From NCBI GenBank assembly GCA_030141605.1, contig JAQGDQ010000315.1, positions 1-64,000 of the forward strand: a DNA stretch of 64,000 nucleotides. Reading direction: 5' to 3'. Under the pieces are notes generated by a model. The model was not told the origin of the DNA, searched no databases, and saw nothing but the letters and a program-made list of their open reading frames with translations. The stretch's first letter is position 1. Every line of letters begins with the position of its first letter. Shown piece by piece: positions 62,374-64,000 of the stretch. Source of the stretch: Tubiluchus corallicola (lineage: Eukaryota > Animalia > Priapulida). Position numbers and translations under genes: made by a program.

Positions 62374-64000
62374 TCGATTAGCAATTCACTCAGAGTCTAC
62401 ATCATTCCAACTGCTGCACATGCAACAGAAGAAACAAATTATTACCCAGTGCACAAGTTTCGTATTAACATTAATATTACTATCCATGCCGAGTTGTACT
62501 TTATCTAAGTAGCACTTTTACAGTTTCTGAGCTTTTCTTATTTGTTCCTCTTATTAATTTTGATTATGATGATGATTTGATTATGACAAACAAAGGAAAG
62601 GAGGTGAGAGGAAAATACTGCAGGAAAAGTTTTGGAAAGGAAATTAGTAACATCTGTTAATTGAGATGCAGCCAAGGGAGGACACAAGTGTAAAAGTTAA
62701 AATGTGCCTCATATGATGTTCCTAATTTTTATTAAATTTTTGATAACAGTTTGCTGAATTTTTGTATGTACAAATGGCTTGTAATTATAATTACTAATAA
62801 ATTAGTTTATTTTTCTTTATTAAGTCTTTATTATTGGCAGCAGTTTGATATTGTTAGACTGGATTAACTGTGGATTGGAAACCAAGCCGGGGAAAAATTT
62901 TACAATCGTGTGTTATTGGCGACAGTTTTGTTTTGCTTATTGTTGATATAATTATATGTGAATGTTATCAGTACTAAAATTCTGAAAGCAACATTTGCCC
63001 AGTGTTCCCATTAATCTTTCTTATAGTATTTTTATTTTTTTAAGCTACTTTCCTAGAACATTGTGAATTGATTTGTCTCTTTTGCCTGGCAGAATTGGGT
63101 GACCAAGCTTATAAACATTTTCAATCAAATAAGCAAATGATGATGGCAGAGTAGTTTCCGATGTTACGATGGAACGTTATAGGTCCAAACTTAAAACGAA
63201 GTTTCTTGTCATGTTTTATGCAAGTACCTTGCTATCCGAATTACTACTTTACTTAAAAACAGCAAATGGTCAAAGGTTGAAAATTGATCAGTTCTTTATA
63301 ATCTTTTAATAGCTTTGAAACTCCAAGAAAATTGTGCAACTTACAGTAACAATTTACATCAACAAACATTTTTGTTCTTAAAACAATCCTCAAATTGGTA
63401 CCTCAAAATATACCAACATGTGAGTGAGCCTGTATTTTACAATCCATTAACTCTACATTTTCTAAGATGAGGAATATTTTATTCGAGCATTATATTATAG
63501 AACTCTAACAAATTTTGCAAAAATCAAAGATCATTGATATACCACACTACAAAAGCAAGCAACCAAGTCAATCAGTAAGAACTAAAGAAAAGGTTAATGA
63601 GGGTCAAGCTAAAACAGATGCATTTCTTACAAATGTAGAAGCTCCTAACTAATATTTTATTGAGCTTTGATAACAACTTACAAAGTACAGTCTGATCGAT
63701 TAATAAATAATTTACACATCCTTTATTCTTGTTAGTACAGAAAATTAAAGCTGATCCGAGACGTGAAAATGCTCTTGCGCTTTTACGCTACTAGGGGGTA
63801 TTCAGAAAATAATTGTACAAGTGTTACTACCTGCTTTGAAATATAACTCAGCGACAAGCATAGATACAAATATCGATTTTATGATTTTAGGAAACGAGGA
63901 TAAGCACCAAAATCTAAAATAAAATTTAGGGGAAGCCTCGAATTTCATAACATTTGTCCTTTATCACTGGCTCAGTTGACACAAATTTCATTCATTTCAC

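Larger units (their letters stand above)
60644..64000 (+). repeat. Segmental duplication, copy 2 (runs off the window end)
   Basis: Matches 56501-58947 apart from the 946-bp insertion at 60766-61711, small indels and substitutions. Confidence 0.98.

Overview
This is AT-rich, intron-rich genomic DNA from an invertebrate animal. I assembled four genes by hand from GT-AG splice sites with consistent intron phases. (1) A cation-selective nicotinic acetylcholine receptor alpha subunit (+, 1094-10441; exon 1 lies upstream of the window). (2) A complete 14-exon MTMR10/11/12-type myotubularin pseudophosphatase (-, 16037-36709). (3) A 10-exon DSN1/Mis13-like kinetochore gene (+, 40692-57280). (4) The last exon of SIN1/MAPKAP1 (-, 60147-60346). 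Introns and intergenic DNA hold many MITEs (hAT, pogo/Tigger, piggyBac-like, TTAA/Kolobok-like, Ginger-like), nested LINE remnants, SINE-like pieces, two long minisatellites (53 bp and 34 bp units) and microsatellites. The most notable structures are these: a tandem duplication (56501 onward repeated at 60644 onward) that copies the DSN1 last exon and probably the convergent SIN1 last exon; a recent TG...CA element whose empty site is visible in the other copy; a terminal-inverted-repeat (TIR) element carrying a tandemly amplified tRNA-like unit; and a hAT-like transposase fragment resembling a family I recall from oomycetes and algae. I found no convincing wholly new multi-gene system. All homology calls come from recalled motifs, not database searches.
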